A stretch of 64,000 nt of DNA from an uncultured Christensenellaceae bacterium (lineage in GTDB: Bacteria > Bacillota > Clostridia > Christensenellales > UBA3700): assembly GCA_944381365.1 (NCBI GenBank), contig CALWKW010000002.1:64318-128317 (forward strand). The letters are read 5' to 3'. The notes below the pieces were generated by a model. It searched no databases and was not told the origin of the DNA. It worked only from the letters and a program-made list of their open reading frames with translations. The translations under genes were made by a program, and so were the position numbers. Position 1 is the stretch's first letter, and each line of letters starts with the position of its first letter. This document shows, piece by piece, positions 9,030-20,829 of the stretch.

Positions 9030-10391
9030 TCACATAAGAAGTTCGCCTTCATCGCTGTCTATTATCTGCATTACTTTGACAGCATTTCCGCTCTTTGCGT
9101 CTATGAATACATAAAAAGCAAATCCTTCTATCGTGCCGTATACCTCATAGGTCAATGTTTCTTTGCCGTTGTCCATAGGTATCAACGCAAGTCTTACTGA
9201 TTTTATCTCCAGCCCGCCAAAGTCCATATTTCTTATCTGTCCTTCGGTCATTTCGGGAGATTCAATCTGTCTTTGAGTATGATTGTAGATATAATTGAGT
9301 CCCTCAAATCCCAAAATCTTGCCATCATCGAGGCTGACTTTGATTTTTACCATATCGGGATAATAGATTATATCGTCTTTTACAAAGCACATGTTGACAT
9401 ACAATACGCTGTTTGTCACGCAAGCATATACTCCCTTCATATCAGTATATCCAAGCTTTTTCATATATTGCTCAGCAAGTTCTACTCCTTCTTCCATGCT
9501 GAGCTTTGGCTCTTGAGAATGGAATTCCTTATCCCACATCACCAAGGTTCCGCCCTTTTTGGCAAGCTGCAAGGATACCTGAGAATTGTCATCGAGCACA
9601 ACTTTGTACATATAGCTCACAAAGCCGTTGTCGCTTTCGCCCATATAGGTTATGCTTTTTACATTGTAGTCGCAAAGAATCTTTTTGATGTTTTCATTTT
9701 GAGAATCCGACTTGACATCTTCGCCCGTCAAAGCTTTTGCTTCTCTGTCTTCAAGAGAATCGCTGAAAGCTCCGTCATATATCAAAGAAGGATAAACTAT
9801 ACTTCCGTCCTGAAGACTTGTGGCAATATCCACAAAGTAATCATTGAGCTCTTTCATGCCCGTAGCGATTTTATTGCCCGACATCAATGAGTCTTTGACT
9901 GAGTTAAGCTTTTTTCCTATTTTGTATGTGATATCATAAAGCTGTCCCAATGTCTTATAGTCATCATCGTTAAGCTCAAGTCCCGATGTGATTTTGTGTG
10001 CAAGATACTTGCTGTAATCTCCCACCTGATTGTAATATTTTACTACCGATGCCATATCGTATCCGCTGTATGACAATATCGTGAGATTGGATACTGCCGT
10101 CTGACTGTTCATAGCTATGTCTATAAGCATTTCGTTGACAAGCAAATCGCTTCTCGTGATTCTTAATTTTGACAAGTTGTTTTCTATATTGAGCAAACTG
10201 TCCGTAAGCGTATAATATGCACTTTCATAGTTGTTTTCGCTTCTCGTCATCCACTTGTTTTCTTCAGACTTGGACAATCCCAAAAATACCGACAATAGTA
10301 CGATAGCCGTCACAAGCACCACTGCCATGCAAATATGAAATATCTTCCAGCCTCTTGTCAAAACAAGTCTTCCCGATGCATCTCTTAACAT
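9030..10391 (-). CDS. ypeB: germination protein YpeB (PepSY-domain membrane protein)
   Basis: N-terminal TM helix and C-terminal PepSY-like repeats. It lies immediately downstream of sleB, as in Bacillus and Clostridium. Confidence 0.8.
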   Translation of the reverse strand: MLRDASGRLVLTRGWKIFHICMAVVLVTAIVLLSVFLGLSKSEENKWMTRSENNYESAYYTLTDSLLNIENNLSKLRITRSDLLVNEMLIDIAMNSQTAVSNLTILSYSGYDMASVVKYYNQVGDYSKYLAHKITSGLELNDDDYKTLGQLYDITYKIGKKLNSVKDSLMSGNKIATGMKELNDYFVDIATSLQDGSIVYPSLIYDGAFSDSLEDREAKALTGEDVKSDSQNENIKKILCDYNVKSITYMGESDNGFVSYMYKVVLDDNSQVSLQLAKKGGTLVMWDKEFHSQEPKLSMEEGVELAEQYMKKLGYTDMKGVYACVTNSVLYVNMCFVKDDIIYYPDMVKIKVSLDDGKILGFEGLNYIYNHTQRQIESPEMTEGQIRNMDFGGLEIKSVRLALIPMDNGKETLTYEVYGTIEGFAFYVFIDAKSGNAVKVMQIIDSDEGELLM

Positions 10392-10405
10392 AATTCATCA
10401 CCTCT

Positions 10406-11101
10406 CTATACTGCAAACCTGTGTTTGCCTATCGTAAGTTTTACAGTCCTTGACCATATCCATGAACTTGTTGCGGTAGCAGGATTGTAATAATACAAAC
10501 AGCCGTTTGTAGGATCCCAGCCGTTCATCGCATCTCTTGCCGCAGAATAAGCCGTTTCGTTTGGCTCGAGATTTATCTGGCCGTCAATTACAGCCGTAAA
10601 AGCATAAGGCTGATATATTACACCCGATATCGAATTGGGGAAAGCACTGCTTTTTACTCTGTTCAGAACTACCGCTCCGACTGCAACTTGTCCGAGATAT
10701 GGCTCACCTCTCGCTTCTGCATGTATGCACTTGGCAAGCAGATAAATGTCTGAAGAGTTATAACTGCTGTTTGAGCTGCTGCTACTCGACAAAGTCATGC
10801 CGAGAGCCTGAGCTGTCTTTGCTCCTACTATTCCGTCTGCTACAAGTCCGTTGTTTTTCTGGAATTGCTTGACAGCAGTCTGCGTCTTTGAACCGAATAT
10901 TCCGTCCACGCTGCCGCAGTTATATCCCCACCTGTTGAGTTTTGTCTGCAAGGTGCGTACCTGCGAACCGCTTGAACCGAGCTTTAAAACAGCCGTTTCC
11001 TCTGCGGGTTGCACAGAATAAAACGAGACGATACCGACCACAATCGTCAAAAGTACGAGAATAGCTACTATACTTCTTTTTGCTATTACCTTCTTATCCA
11101 T
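10406..11101 (-). CDS. sleB: spore cortex-lytic enzyme SleB
   Basis: PG-binding repeat (VRTLQTKLNRWGYNCGSVDGIFGSKTQTAVKQFQKNNGL) plus a Hydrolase_2-type C-terminus (AEARGEPYLGQVAVGAVVLNRV). Confidence 0.85.
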   Translation of the reverse strand: MDKKVIAKRSIVAILVLLTIVVGIVSFYSVQPAEETAVLKLGSSGSQVRTLQTKLNRWGYNCGSVDGIFGSKTQTAVKQFQKNNGLVADGIVGAKTAQALGMTLSSSSSSNSSYNSSDIYLLAKCIHAEARGEPYLGQVAVGAVVLNRVKSSAFPNSISGVIYQPYAFTAVIDGQINLEPNETAYSAARDAMNGWDPTNGCLYYYNPATATSSWIWSRTVKLTIGKHRFAV

Positions 11102-11384
11102 ATTTACTCCTTTTTGTTTGCTGAATTGATTATTGCCTGCGAATACGAAAAATATACTTCTATCAAAAAAGGATTGAATTGATAAGGATTATGATAAAAG
11201 TAATCAAACAGATAATGAGATAATAAAGATTTGAATATAAAGATTAAAGTGCTTCTTAAAAATCGGTAATTTCTTTAAAAAACTAAAAACTTACTATTTT
11301 CAGCAAGTCTTATCGAGAATGTAATAGGAAAATTTAATCTATGTAATATCTTCATTAAAACACGCACAACTATCGCATTTGCTA

Positions 11385-11413
11385 TTGACGGAGATGATTT
11401 TTTAGTATAGAAT
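11385..11413 (+). promoter_or_regulatory. candidate sigma-A promoter for the glycosyltransferase gene
   Basis: TTGACG, 17 nt, TAGAAT. Confidence 0.35.
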
Positions 11414-11522
11414 GACCTTAGCCTTCAAGAGTTTGGAGCAATATGTGGAAAAGTGATAAAATACTCACCGCCCCGTATAAGTTATGGCGGTCAAGTCTTA
11501 AAGACGATTTTATCATATTGTT

Positions 11523-12818
11523 ATGCAAAAGACTTTTTTATATCTGGACATCATATTGCTTGTGGGCGTAGCACTTTTTATATTTTTTGCTCTTCCCAAG
11601 ATTATTTATTATATTATAGGCATGTTTTCGCACAAGCCGCAAAAACTGCCCAAGTCAAAGACAAATCATAAGTTTGCCTTGTTGATTCCTGCAAGAAACG
11701 AGAGTGCCGTGATTGAAAAACTTCTCCAAAGTCTCGATATGCAGACTTTCCCTAGAGAATATTTTGATATTTTTGTGGCAGTAGAAAGCGGCGATGATCC
11801 TACTTGTGCTATTGCAAAATCTTATGACGCAGAAGTATATATAAAACAAGATTTTTCTCACAACGGAAAAGGCTATGTCCTAGAGGAACTTATAGACTAT
11901 ATTTTCCGTTTCAAAGAAGACAAAAACTACGAAGCTTTTATGATAATCGATGCAGACAATATCTTAGCTTCTGACTATCTCGAAAAAATGAACAATGCCC
12001 TAGATGCGGGATATGACATCGCTTTGGGATACAGAAATTCAAAAAATTGGAACAGCGGTTGGGTTTCGGCTTGCACAGGTCTTACCTTTACTAGATTTTC
12101 GCATTTTCAAAATTATGCAAAAAGCAAATTCAATTCTACCGTTTATCTGTCCGGCACTTGCTATTACATAAAAACAGATATCATAAAAGAGCACGGCGGC
12201 TGGATATGGCATAGCCTTACAGAAGATGTACAGCTCACATCTGTCGCTGCCATAAACGGCTATAATACGATATACCTTGATGATGCCGTGTTTTATGACG
12301 AACAACCTACCGATGTCAGGACTTCTTTCAATCAAAGACGCCGTTGGCTCAAAGGTTTTTTCGACAACAAGGCTTTGTACAGAACAGACCTTCAAAAAGG
12401 CGTGTTCGCCGAAAAGAGCAACAGCCTTGCGTGCTTTGAAATGTCGCTCGGCTCGCTGTGTATGATATGTTTTGCATTTTGTTTTGCAATATATACTCTC
12501 GGCAATTTCGGTATTATACTTGCAAATATCAAAAATATACCTGTCGTAAGAATGGCTCTTATAAGAATTCTTTTGTCATGGGCAGGATACTTTTGGGCTC
12601 TTTATTTAGATACGGCAATAATGCTGATAACTGAAAGAAAACGCATAAATATGAAACCTTCTAAAAAACTTCAGGCTATCATAATGCGTCCCGTATATTC
12701 TCTTATGTATATTCCCGTGGCGATATCCACTCTCTTCAAACAAGTAGAATGGACACCTATAAAACACAATATCAATGCGATAGATGACTTGGAAAAGACC
12801 GATAAAGTAAAAAAATAA
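11523..12818 (+). CDS. family-2 glycosyltransferase, membrane-integrated
   Basis: LLIPARNES...IIDADN (DxD), QRRRW-type motif (FNQRRRWLKG), and flanking TM helices. Confidence 0.8.
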   Translation: MQKTFLYLDIILLVGVALFIFFALPKIIYYIIGMFSHKPQKLPKSKTNHKFALLIPARNESAVIEKLLQSLDMQTFPREYFDIFVAVESGDDPTCAIAKSYDAEVYIKQDFSHNGKGYVLEELIDYIFRFKEDKNYEAFMIIDADNILASDYLEKMNNALDAGYDIALGYRNSKNWNSGWVSACTGLTFTRFSHFQNYAKSKFNSTVYLSGTCYYIKTDIIKEHGGWIWHSLTEDVQLTSVAAINGYNTIYLDDAVFYDEQPTDVRTSFNQRRRWLKGFFDNKALYRTDLQKGVFAEKSNSLACFEMSLGSLCMICFAFCFAIYTLGNFGIILANIKNIPVVRMALIRILLSWAGYFWALYLDTAIMLITERKRINMKPSKKLQAIIMRPVYSLMYIPVAISTLFKQVEWTPIKHNINAIDDLEKTDKVKK

Positions 12819-13000
12819 CCTTCTCTTTATCTAAAAACTCCCCCCTTATTATTCACAATATCAATCTCCATTATCGAAGGTTTTGATAAGTCAATATCGC
12901 TTTGAATAGACAAAAAGACTCGGTCTCCCGAGTCTTTTTATTATGACAGATATCGTCATACAATTATGAAGATTTTATTGATTGCGAATATGTTTTTTAA

Positions 13001-13531
13001 TTATTTGTTTGAATATTTATTATAAAGCTCTTCAAAAAAAGACTTGTATTCAAATTCTTCTTTATCGTTTTCTTCCCCTACAAAACACAGAGGAGGAAAT
13101 ACCACGCACCACCAATTATCCCCTATGCCGCTTCCGAGCTCAATTATCAAAGCGTCATATACTCCGCTGTCCAATGTCAAATCTCCGTATGTACGCACGG
13201 GAAATTCTTCCTGACATAGTCTAATGTTTGAAGTATAATCAAAGCCGTTCAATGCCAATGTTCTGTCTGCTACTTTCTTCATGTTGTTCAGATTTTTTTC
13301 AAGTATTGACATTGCCTCTTTTTTTGAAGTTGCGTTTTCAAGCTTGGGAGTCATATACTCCACCACGCTTTCTTTGACCTTGTACTTTACGCTTTGGTCT
13401 TTGGCTTCGTTGCTGTTGGCTCTTATATGTATTCTCAAATATTGCTCTTCATTTTTAGAGTTGCTTTTCATTGCGATTAATATCGCTCCGATTATTATAA
13501 GACATATTATCATTACCGCTACAAATTTCAT
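13001..13531 (-). CDS. spoIIR: stage II sporulation protein R
   Basis: LRIHIRANSN...DQSVKYKV...GDNWWCVVFPPLCF, the diagnostic SpoIIR pattern. Confidence 0.85.
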   Translation of the reverse strand: MKFVAVMIICLIIIGAILIAMKSNSKNEEQYLRIHIRANSNEAKDQSVKYKVKESVVEYMTPKLENATSKKEAMSILEKNLNNMKKVADRTLALNGFDYTSNIRLCQEEFPVRTYGDLTLDSGVYDALIIELGSGIGDNWWCVVFPPLCFVGEENDKEEFEYKSFFEELYNKYSNK

Positions 13532-13661
13532 GTTCCACCTCGCTTGTACTCAAAGTATTGCCATAAAATTTGCTTTTATTCATCGAAGATAAAAAATCAA
13601 ACAAAAAAGAGCCTCTGCATATTTTGCAAAGACTCCTATTTATTGTAATTATCGCAATGTT

Positions 13662-14897
13662 TTATTTGCCGTTGTCAAAATCTTCGAGTGCTTGAACGGT
13701 GATTTTAAAACAATCTGCAAGACACTTCTTATCCATATTGTCATAGCTGTCAAGTCTTGTATGATAATACTTGGGAAGATTGTGATCCAAAGCCGTAATA
13801 CCGGTAGCTGCATATCCGCCCTTGTTGAAAGCGGCAGAATCGGTAGCACCCAAAGGCACTGAGCCGTAATAACAAGGTATTTCCAATTTTTTTGCAGCAT
13901 TGTAGAACAATTCGCTTGCGTGCTCGTCTGCTTTGACTGTGTTGTTGAGGTCCTTTTTATTGACAAAGAGGAAATCGCCATCTCTTATCGTGTCATAAGA
14001 GAATATGATTGTTTCTACATCCTTATAGTCGCCCTTTTCGCCGTGTGCCTTTGCCCAAGCTCTCGCACCTCTGATACCCGCTTCTTCAGCACCCGATATC
14101 AATACGCCGACTTCTGTGTTTTCAAATTCTATACCTTCGTCATTCAAAGCTTTCAAAAGAGCAATACCCATATAGCAGCCTGTAAGATTGTCGTTTGCTC
14201 CGTCTACGACCACACTTGTATTCCACATACGATACATGGCAAGCCAGAAAGGCAAAAATACAAAACAGCCGAATCCGAGATACATGGGAAGTCCTTCAGC
14301 AATATAAGGATTTACGCCTTTTTGCAAGACGATAGCAGCCACAGAAATACCCGTAAGATAGAAAATACCAAGCATGGAAATCAAAAAGTGAGCCACAAAA
14401 GCTTTGCCGTTTATGAGATAACTCATTGTCCATTCATGAGCGGCATCGGGATGACCGTTGAAGAAAATTCTTCTTTTTACTTCGCCCTTGGGATGCTTGA
14501 CGGCGGTAAGATTGTGAGAAGTCTTTTTGGGGAACAAAAAGTCTACTATCTCGAGATAAAATACGAATTGCAAAAGCATGAGCATCATACCAAGTCCTAT
14601 CAAAATGATAGTGAGCAAAGGTATAAAGAAATAGCTTACAAATGCCATAAGCATTATCGTAACCATAATATGTATCCAGTAGAAGAACGAATTGGGATGA
14701 ATACTAAAAGGCTCGATATCGATTTTGTCGCAATAGGGCTTTAATGTGTCAGCCATTTGCTCTACCGCTTTCTTTTCTCCCTCGCTTCCGGGAAATCTTT
14801 TGCCGCATTGTTTGATTACGGAAGTGATTTCCTGCATCATATAATCTGCATGCTTTTCACTTTCGTCTCTGAGTTTTTTTAAATCCATAAAAGGCAT
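13662..14897 (-). CDS. M28-family metallopeptidase with inserted transmembrane segments
   Basis: GHPDAAH, GANDNLTG, SGAEEAGIRGA and HTRLD metal-ligand motifs. Hydrophobic helices sit between the N-terminal part and the catalytic part. Confidence 0.75.
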   Translation of the reverse strand: MPFMDLKKLRDESEKHADYMMQEITSVIKQCGKRFPGSEGEKKAVEQMADTLKPYCDKIDIEPFSIHPNSFFYWIHIMVTIMLMAFVSYFFIPLLTIILIGLGMMLMLLQFVFYLEIVDFLFPKKTSHNLTAVKHPKGEVKRRIFFNGHPDAAHEWTMSYLINGKAFVAHFLISMLGIFYLTGISVAAIVLQKGVNPYIAEGLPMYLGFGCFVFLPFWLAMYRMWNTSVVVDGANDNLTGCYMGIALLKALNDEGIEFENTEVGVLISGAEEAGIRGARAWAKAHGEKGDYKDVETIIFSYDTIRDGDFLFVNKKDLNNTVKADEHASELFYNAAKKLEIPCYYGSVPLGATDSAAFNKGGYAATGITALDHNLPKYYHTRLDSYDNMDKKCLADCFKITVQALEDFDNGK

Positions 14898-15231
14898 CTC
14901 CCTTCATATAATAAAGTCATTATATCACAACTGATTTGTAAAAAAAAGAGCTTTTTAAAAATTGAGTGATATTTATAATATTTTATAAGTATGATATATA
15001 CTCAAAACATTTCCGACATAAAAAATTATATTTATATTATAAAATATTAATCAGAATATAGTGTATCATGCTTATCTTTTTAAAAATTTTATAATATATC
15101 AACAAAATAAGCTTATTTTTGACAAATATTTGTTTTATCAAAAAAAGTGTTTTCCCTATTAATTGACAAATGCTTATATTTGGGTATAAAATCATTAGTA
15201 TAATAATTTTACACGAAAAAGAGGAACAAAA

Positions 15232-16608
15232 ATGATATCCAAAAGCGATGCAGAGATGTACAAAGACATCAATACTATGTGCGAAAAGTTTAAAACAAAC
15301 GGTCTTATCGATCCCGAACTTTTTATTCAGCACAAAGTAAACAAAGGTCTCAGAGATCAAAAAGGTAAAGGCGTTTTGACAGGTCTTACCAACATAAGCG
15401 ATGTTGTCGGCAAAGAAATTGTCAACGGCGAAGTAGTTCCCTGCGAAGGCAGACTTTATTATCGTGGCTACAATATCAATGACCTCTGCAATGATTTTCT
15501 CTCAAGCAAAAGATTCGGCTTTGAAGAGATCACTTACCTTTTGCTTTTCGGCGAATTGCCTTCAATAAAAGAATTGGACAAATTCAGAGCTATTCTTGCA
15601 AAATACAGAAAATCTTTGCCCAATACTTTTGTAAGAGATATCATAATGAAAGCTCCCAGCAGCGATATCATGAATTCGCTTGCAAGAAGCGTGCTTACTC
15701 TTTATTCTTATGACGACAAGGCAAACGATATTTCCCTCAACAATGTTTTGAGTCAATGTCTCCAGCTTATCGCTCTTTTCCCCTTGTTGTCGGTATATGC
15801 TTATCAAGCTTATGACTATTATATCAAGGGCAATCACTCTTTCTTTATTCATGAGCCTAAGGACGAATTGTCTACTGCCGAAAACATTTTGCACATGCTC
15901 AGAATAGACAGCAAATATACAGAGCTCGAAGCAAGAGTTCTTGACCTTGCTCTCGTACTTCATGCCGAGCATGGCGGCGGAAACAACTCTACTTTTACCG
16001 CTCGTGCCGTCACTTCTTCTGGTACTGATACATATTCTGCAATCGCTGCGGCTCTCGGTTCACTCAAAGGACCTAAACACGGCGGTGCAAACATAAAAGT
16101 ATCGCAGATGTTTGCCGACATAAAGAAAAATGTCGCAGATTGGAATGACGAAGAAGAAATCGAGAGATATCTCAACAAGATTCTCAACAAAGAGTGTTTT
16201 GACAAATCTGGACTTATCTACGGTATCGGACATGCTGTATATTCTATCTCCGACCCTAGAGCAGAACTTCTTAAAAAGTCCACAGAATCTTTGAGTGAAG
16301 AGAAGGGACTCAAGAGAGATTTTGAACTTTACTCAAAAGTAGAGAAAATCGCAATCAAACTTATATCTACTCAGAAGAATATCTACAAGAATGTGAGTGC
16401 AAATATAGACTTTTACAGTGGCTTTATATATGATATGTTGGGCTTGCCTCAAGAATTGTTTACACCTATATTTGCTATCTCGAGAATTTCAGGTTGGTCA
16501 GCACACAGAATGGAAGAACTTCTTAACTCATCAAAAATCATGCGTCCTGCTTACAACTGCACTCAGCCCGCTCTCGATTATGTACCTATGAAAGACAGAA
16601 ACAACTGA
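15232..16608 (+). CDS. citrate synthase
   Basis: LHAEHGGGNNSTF, GHAVY and the DFYSG catalytic-site context. Confidence 0.9.
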   Translation: MISKSDAEMYKDINTMCEKFKTNGLIDPELFIQHKVNKGLRDQKGKGVLTGLTNISDVVGKEIVNGEVVPCEGRLYYRGYNINDLCNDFLSSKRFGFEEITYLLLFGELPSIKELDKFRAILAKYRKSLPNTFVRDIIMKAPSSDIMNSLARSVLTLYSYDDKANDISLNNVLSQCLQLIALFPLLSVYAYQAYDYYIKGNHSFFIHEPKDELSTAENILHMLRIDSKYTELEARVLDLALVLHAEHGGGNNSTFTARAVTSSGTDTYSAIAAALGSLKGPKHGGANIKVSQMFADIKKNVADWNDEEEIERYLNKILNKECFDKSGLIYGIGHAVYSISDPRAELLKKSTESLSEEKGLKRDFELYSKVEKIAIKLISTQKNIYKNVSANIDFYSGFIYDMLGLPQELFTPIFAISRISGWSAHRMEELLNSSKIMRPAYNCTQPALDYVPMKDRNN

Positions 16609-16664
16609 TTAAAATATAAAATCATTTGTAGCTTGTCCTTAGGATAAAAAGACAAATACAAAAA

Positions 16665-16695
16665 AGACGATGCAAAACATCGTCTTTCTTTTTTG
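16665..16695. terminator. bidirectional Rho-independent terminator between convergent genes
   Basis: AGACGATG-CAAAA-CATCGTCT with an A-run before and a T-run after (coordinates +/-2). Confidence 0.65.
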
Positions 16696-16706
16696 TTGTT
16701 TTGTGA

Positions 16707-17222
16707 TTATCTTATTTTTCGATAACCGTTTCTTTTGAATGCAGGGTTGTTGAGCACTTCTCCCAAAACCATTGCTCTTTGTAATTCGTTGAGTCGGAGA
16801 CCTTCTTTCTTTTCCTCTCTGTCTTCTTTGACAAATCTTACATCATAATGCTCTTGACAGCCTTCGGTGGATTTTCCTCCTATGCTGTTCATAACAGGCA
16901 CTTTTTCTACTCTGTATCTGTCATTAAAAGAATGATTGTCCACATCGCAATGGCTTTGATGGTGGCCAAGGGATTTTGCTCCCCTGACCTCATCTTTTTG
17001 CTTGATGTCTCGAAATGCGGTCTGTCTTGCTCTTTGGTCAAAACTTCTCATAGAAGCCATCTCATTGTTTTGTTCTGGCTGACGCATTGCAGCCTGTCTT
17101 TGTCTGATGATTTCTTCCTGAGTATGTTCTTCTTCTGAGTGCGTCTTGCTGCCGCCTTTTAATTTGATTATCGTCAATACGACCGATATGATCATTATCA
17201 ACGCTATTCCCGCAAATTCCAT
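16707..17222 (-). CDS. hypothetical membrane-anchored protein, last gene of the nfeD-floA operon
   Basis: N-terminal TM helix (GIALIMIISVVLTII) followed by a charged, His-rich tail. Its start overlaps the floA stop by 1 nt. Confidence 0.55.
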   Translation of the reverse strand: MEFAGIALIMIISVVLTIIKLKGGSKTHSEEEHTQEEIIRQRQAAMRQPEQNNEMASMRSFDQRARQTAFRDIKQKDEVRGAKSLGHHQSHCDVDNHSFNDRYRVEKVPVMNSIGGKSTEGCQEHYDVRFVKEDREEKKEGLRLNELQRAMVLGEVLNNPAFKRNGYRKIR

Positions 17223-18268
17223 TATTTCTTGCTGTCCTTCTTCTTGGTTTCTTTGTCGCCCTGCAATTCTGTATCGTTGCCGCTTATTGCATTACGCATA
17301 TTGGTATCCGCCATGATATTCTGCATGTTGTAATAATCCATTACGCCAAGCTTGCCGCTTTTGAGAGCTGCCGCCATTGCCTTGGGCACTTCTGACTCCG
17401 CCTCTATAACGAGGGCTTTCATTTCCTGAGTCTTTGCTTTCATTTCCTGCTCCAAAGCTACTGCCATGGCTCTTCTTTCTTCTGCTCTTGCTTCTGCAAT
17501 TCTCTTGTCGGCTTCTGCCTGATCCATCTGAAGCTGTGCACCTATATTTCTGCCTACATCGATATCTGCTATATCAATAGACAAAATTTCAAATGCCGTT
17601 CCGCTGTCAAGACCTTTATTAAGAACCGTCTTGGATATAGTATCGGGATTTTCAAGCACATCCTTATGAGATATTGACGAACCTACTGTCGTCACTATAC
17701 CTTCGCCTATACGGGCAATTATCGTATCTTCACCTGCACCACCGATAAGTCTTGTAATGTTGGCTCTTACGGTTACTCTTGCTTTTACTCTGAGCTCTAT
17801 ACCGTCTTTTGCGATAGCAGATATTGCAGGAGTTTCGATTACTTTAGGATTTACCGATACTCTTACCGCATTAAGCACATCTCTACCCGCAAGGTCGATT
17901 GCTCTTGCCGTTTCTGCTGTAAGTTCCATATTCGCAGAGTGAGCAGATATAAGTGCATTGACTACTTTTATTACATCACCTCTGGCAAGCACATGGCTTT
18001 CCAATTCATCGATGGTGAGATCGAGTCCCGCTTTTTTTGCAGATATGTATGCATCTACCAATGGCGTGACTTTAATACCTCTCCACTTCATACCTATAAG
18101 TCTTGCCATAGATATCTTTACGCCGGACACCAAAGCCCTGAACCACAACTTGATAGGCAATACCGCCAAAAGGACGATTATACCTATAACTAATGCTACC
18201 GCAACAACAATAATAGCTGTGATAGCTGCGGGAGTCAAAGCTCCCAATGTCATCAAAATCATATTCAT
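17222..18268 (-). CDS. floA: flotillin-like protein FloA (UPF0365/YqfA family)
   Basis: N-terminal hairpin TM, an SPFH-like core, and an EA-rich coiled-coil ([23 protein letters not shown]). Confidence 0.9.
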   Translation of the reverse strand: MNMILMTLGALTPAAITAIIVVAVALVIGIIVLLAVLPIKLWFRALVSGVKISMARLIGMKWRGIKVTPLVDAYISAKKAGLDLTIDELESHVLARGDVIKVVNALISAHSANMELTAETARAIDLAGRDVLNAVRVSVNPKVIETPAISAIAKDGIELRVKARVTVRANITRLIGGAGEDTIIARIGEGIVTTVGSSISHKDVLENPDTISKTVLNKGLDSGTAFEILSIDIADIDVGRNIGAQLQMDQAEADKRIAEARAEERRAMAVALEQEMKAKTQEMKALVIEAESEVPKAMAAALKSGKLGVMDYYNMQNIMADTNMRNAISGNDTELQGDKETKKKDSKK

Positions 18269-18283
18269 CTCCTTATAAATTTA

Positions 18284-18850
18284 TTATTTTTTTTGGTCTT
18301 CTACTTCCCTTACTACAATACGCACGCCTTCTACCGCAACTACTTCCACAACTTTGTCTTTTTCGATAAATTTATTTTGGGCTACCACGCTGTAAGTTTC
18401 GCCGCCGATAACAACATTACCGCTTGGACGAAGTACGGTTGTAGTCATACCGCCCTTGCCGACAAGCCCCGTAAAGTCTTGCGTACCTTTGGTTATACCT
18501 TCTGGTACAGCAGTCGTACTTTGGACAAAAGCCGTCTTTGAGAGTTTTCCTTTTTTCATAGAATGTACCATTATAATAAGTGCAATTCCCACCGCTATGG
18601 CCACACACAAAATCATCACAAAAAACTGAAGCACGGGATTACCTCTTTCACTCCTGTAAAGCCTTATTGCAATACCCACAATTACGAGTATTATGCCGCT
18701 TATACCGAAAAAGCCGAATCCGGGCTGGAATATTTCTATAATGATAAATATAGTACCAAGCAAAAGAAGAATTGCCGGAATTATACCAATATCGGCAAAA
18801 GCTATCTGAAGCTCTTGCCAAAAAGTCAATCCGTCACTAGCTAACAACAT
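18284..18850 (-). CDS. NfeD-family membrane protein
   Basis: Multi-TM N-terminus plus a C-terminal OB-fold (GKGGMTTTVLRPSGNVVIGGETYSVV). It lies upstream of floA. Confidence 0.85.
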   Translation of the reverse strand: MLLASDGLTFWQELQIAFADIGIIPAILLLLGTIFIIIEIFQPGFGFFGISGIILVIVGIAIRLYRSERGNPVLQFFVMILCVAIAVGIALIIMVHSMKKGKLSKTAFVQSTTAVPEGITKGTQDFTGLVGKGGMTTTVLRPSGNVVIGGETYSVVAQNKFIEKDKVVEVVAVEGVRIVVREVEDQKK

Positions 18851-19082
18851 ATTTGCCTCCTTTGCTAATATTATAACTTATGTATAATAACAAATCAATA
18901 GTCTTTTTACTTAAAGTTTGCTTATATTCTGCAATTTTTACATAAAGGCGATATTTATACCATCATAATAAAAAATATGTATCTAAAACAAACAAAATAC
19001 GAATTCATTTTTGAGAATTCGTATTTTTGATTGCGACAATATTGATTATATATTTATATCATCTTATATCAATATGTATTAA

Positions 19083-19343
19083 TTAGTTGATTCTTTCAAA
19101 AATAAGGTTGCAGACCGTACGATCTCCTCCGCCAAAGCCTGTCGATGTAGCGGTAGACTGAGCAAATGTGTGCAATCTGTATCCCTCATTGAATTGCTGA
19201 TTGCAGATATCTTCTATTTCTGAAAAGTTTTTAGAGCCCTTTCCCACAAATTTTTCTCTGAGCACTACCTGAATAACACGATATTTGCCAGAATTGTGAT
19301 TGATTTTTCCCTTTTCGTCATTAAAAGCATCAAAAATTCCCAT
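19083..19343 (-). CDS. hypothetical 86-aa protein (possibly DUF4177-like)
   Basis: Isolated ORF with its own AT-rich flanks. The KYRVIQVV...EGYRLHTF pattern is only weakly suggestive. Confidence 0.45.
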   Translation of the reverse strand: MGIFDAFNDEKGKINHNSGKYRVIQVVLREKFVGKGSKNFSEIEDICNQQFNEGYRLHTFAQSTATSTGFGGGDRTVCNLIFERIN

Positions 19344-19475
19344 AAATTCCTCCTAATGTAAAGTTTTTCTTTTATTATACATAAACTTAACATCTATGTC
19401 AATACTTAAATTTATAAAATTTATGATTATTATCAATACAAATTTTATATTTATTTTTAAAATATAGAGTCTTTA

Positions 19476-20829
19476 TTATGCTCGACTGCTTATTATGTTA
19501 TCTGTATATGTTTTTTTGTACTTTTTTAAAAATAAAACATAAAAAACAATACCTATAATGCTTGTTAGAGTTTCAGTAACAGGAAATGTCAGCCAGAACC
19601 ACTTAAGCCCTGCTCTTGAAAATATAAATCCCAACGGGACAAACAATATTATCGTGCGTACTATCGTCAAAAGAGAACTCTTTATGCCTGCTTCTACAGC
19701 CTGAAAAAATACAGGAAAAATCAATGATGTAACCATAGGTAAAAAGCTTATACCTATCCACCTGAATCCCCATTTTCCTATTTCGATTACTTCATTATCT
19801 TTTGTAAACGCCTTAAGCATCAGTTCAGGTATTGCCACAAAGCATATTGTCCCGACAGCCATAAGTATCAATCCAAATATAATTGCATCTCTCAATGTGT
19901 TTTGCATCTTTGCAAATTGTTGTTTGCAAAGTTAAAACTTATCAAAGGCACTATGCAAGACTGCATTGCTCCCAAAGGAATAAAGAAAAATGTCTGCCAC
20001 TTATAGTACAAACCGAGTGCACTTACCGCTTGGTCAGAGAAAGTCTCCAAGACCATATTAAGTCCAAAAATATAACTAGTATAAGCTGATTGCATCAAAA
20101 TGTTTGGCAAACCTATTTTGAATATTTTTATAGAATATCTAAAAAACTTCTTTATAGATGGAAGCCTTCTTATACCTTTTATCATGACCACTATTGCTGC
20201 ACAAATCTGACCTAGCACAGTAGCAATTGCCGCTCCGGCTATACCCATAGCAGGAAAACCAATCAGGCCGAATATAAGCAATGGATCCAAAACTATATTT
20301 ACTAATGCACCGATAATTTGAGCTACCATTGGTGTTTTCATATCACCATTGGCTTGCAAAACTTTTGTCCATGCACTTTCTAAAAACAGTCCAAAACTAA
20401 ATACGCATACTATCCTGCCATAAACGATTACATCGTCAATGACTTGAGCAGAACTTGTAAGATTTTTGCAAAATACGGCAATAAAACATAGCATATAATT
20501 GCAAATACAAGCCAAAGCATAACTGCCAAGGGCAATGCCGTACCCGCATACTCATCTGCCTGTTTTTTATCCCCTTGTCCAAGCTTTGACGCAACTATCG
20601 TATTAATACCTACTCCTGTACCCACAGCAAAAGCTATCATCAGCAATTGCAATGGATAAATGATAGACAAGGCTGTCAAGCCCGATTCAGAATACTTGCC
20701 CACAAAAAGACTGTCCACAAGATTATATAAAGCCTGAATAAGTTGTGCAAACATAACAGGCGGAGCAAGTTTTAAAAGTATTTTTATAATACTATCAGTT
20801 CCCCATGACTGAGTTTTATCTGTTGCCAT
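19476..20829 (-). pseudogene. MATE-family efflux transporter split into three frames
   Basis: A continuous MATE-like sequence is spread over track ORFs 20428..21075 (from MATDKTQSWG at 20829), 19892..20515 and 19476..19907. Each piece overlaps the next in a different frame. Confidence 0.75.

Noticed and set aside
13649-14744. ORFs 13649..13981 (-) and 13920..14744 (+) overlapping the M28 peptidase gene
   Set aside because: They are out-of-frame or antisense overlaps with a gene that carries all M28 metal-ligand motifs, and they have no independent support.
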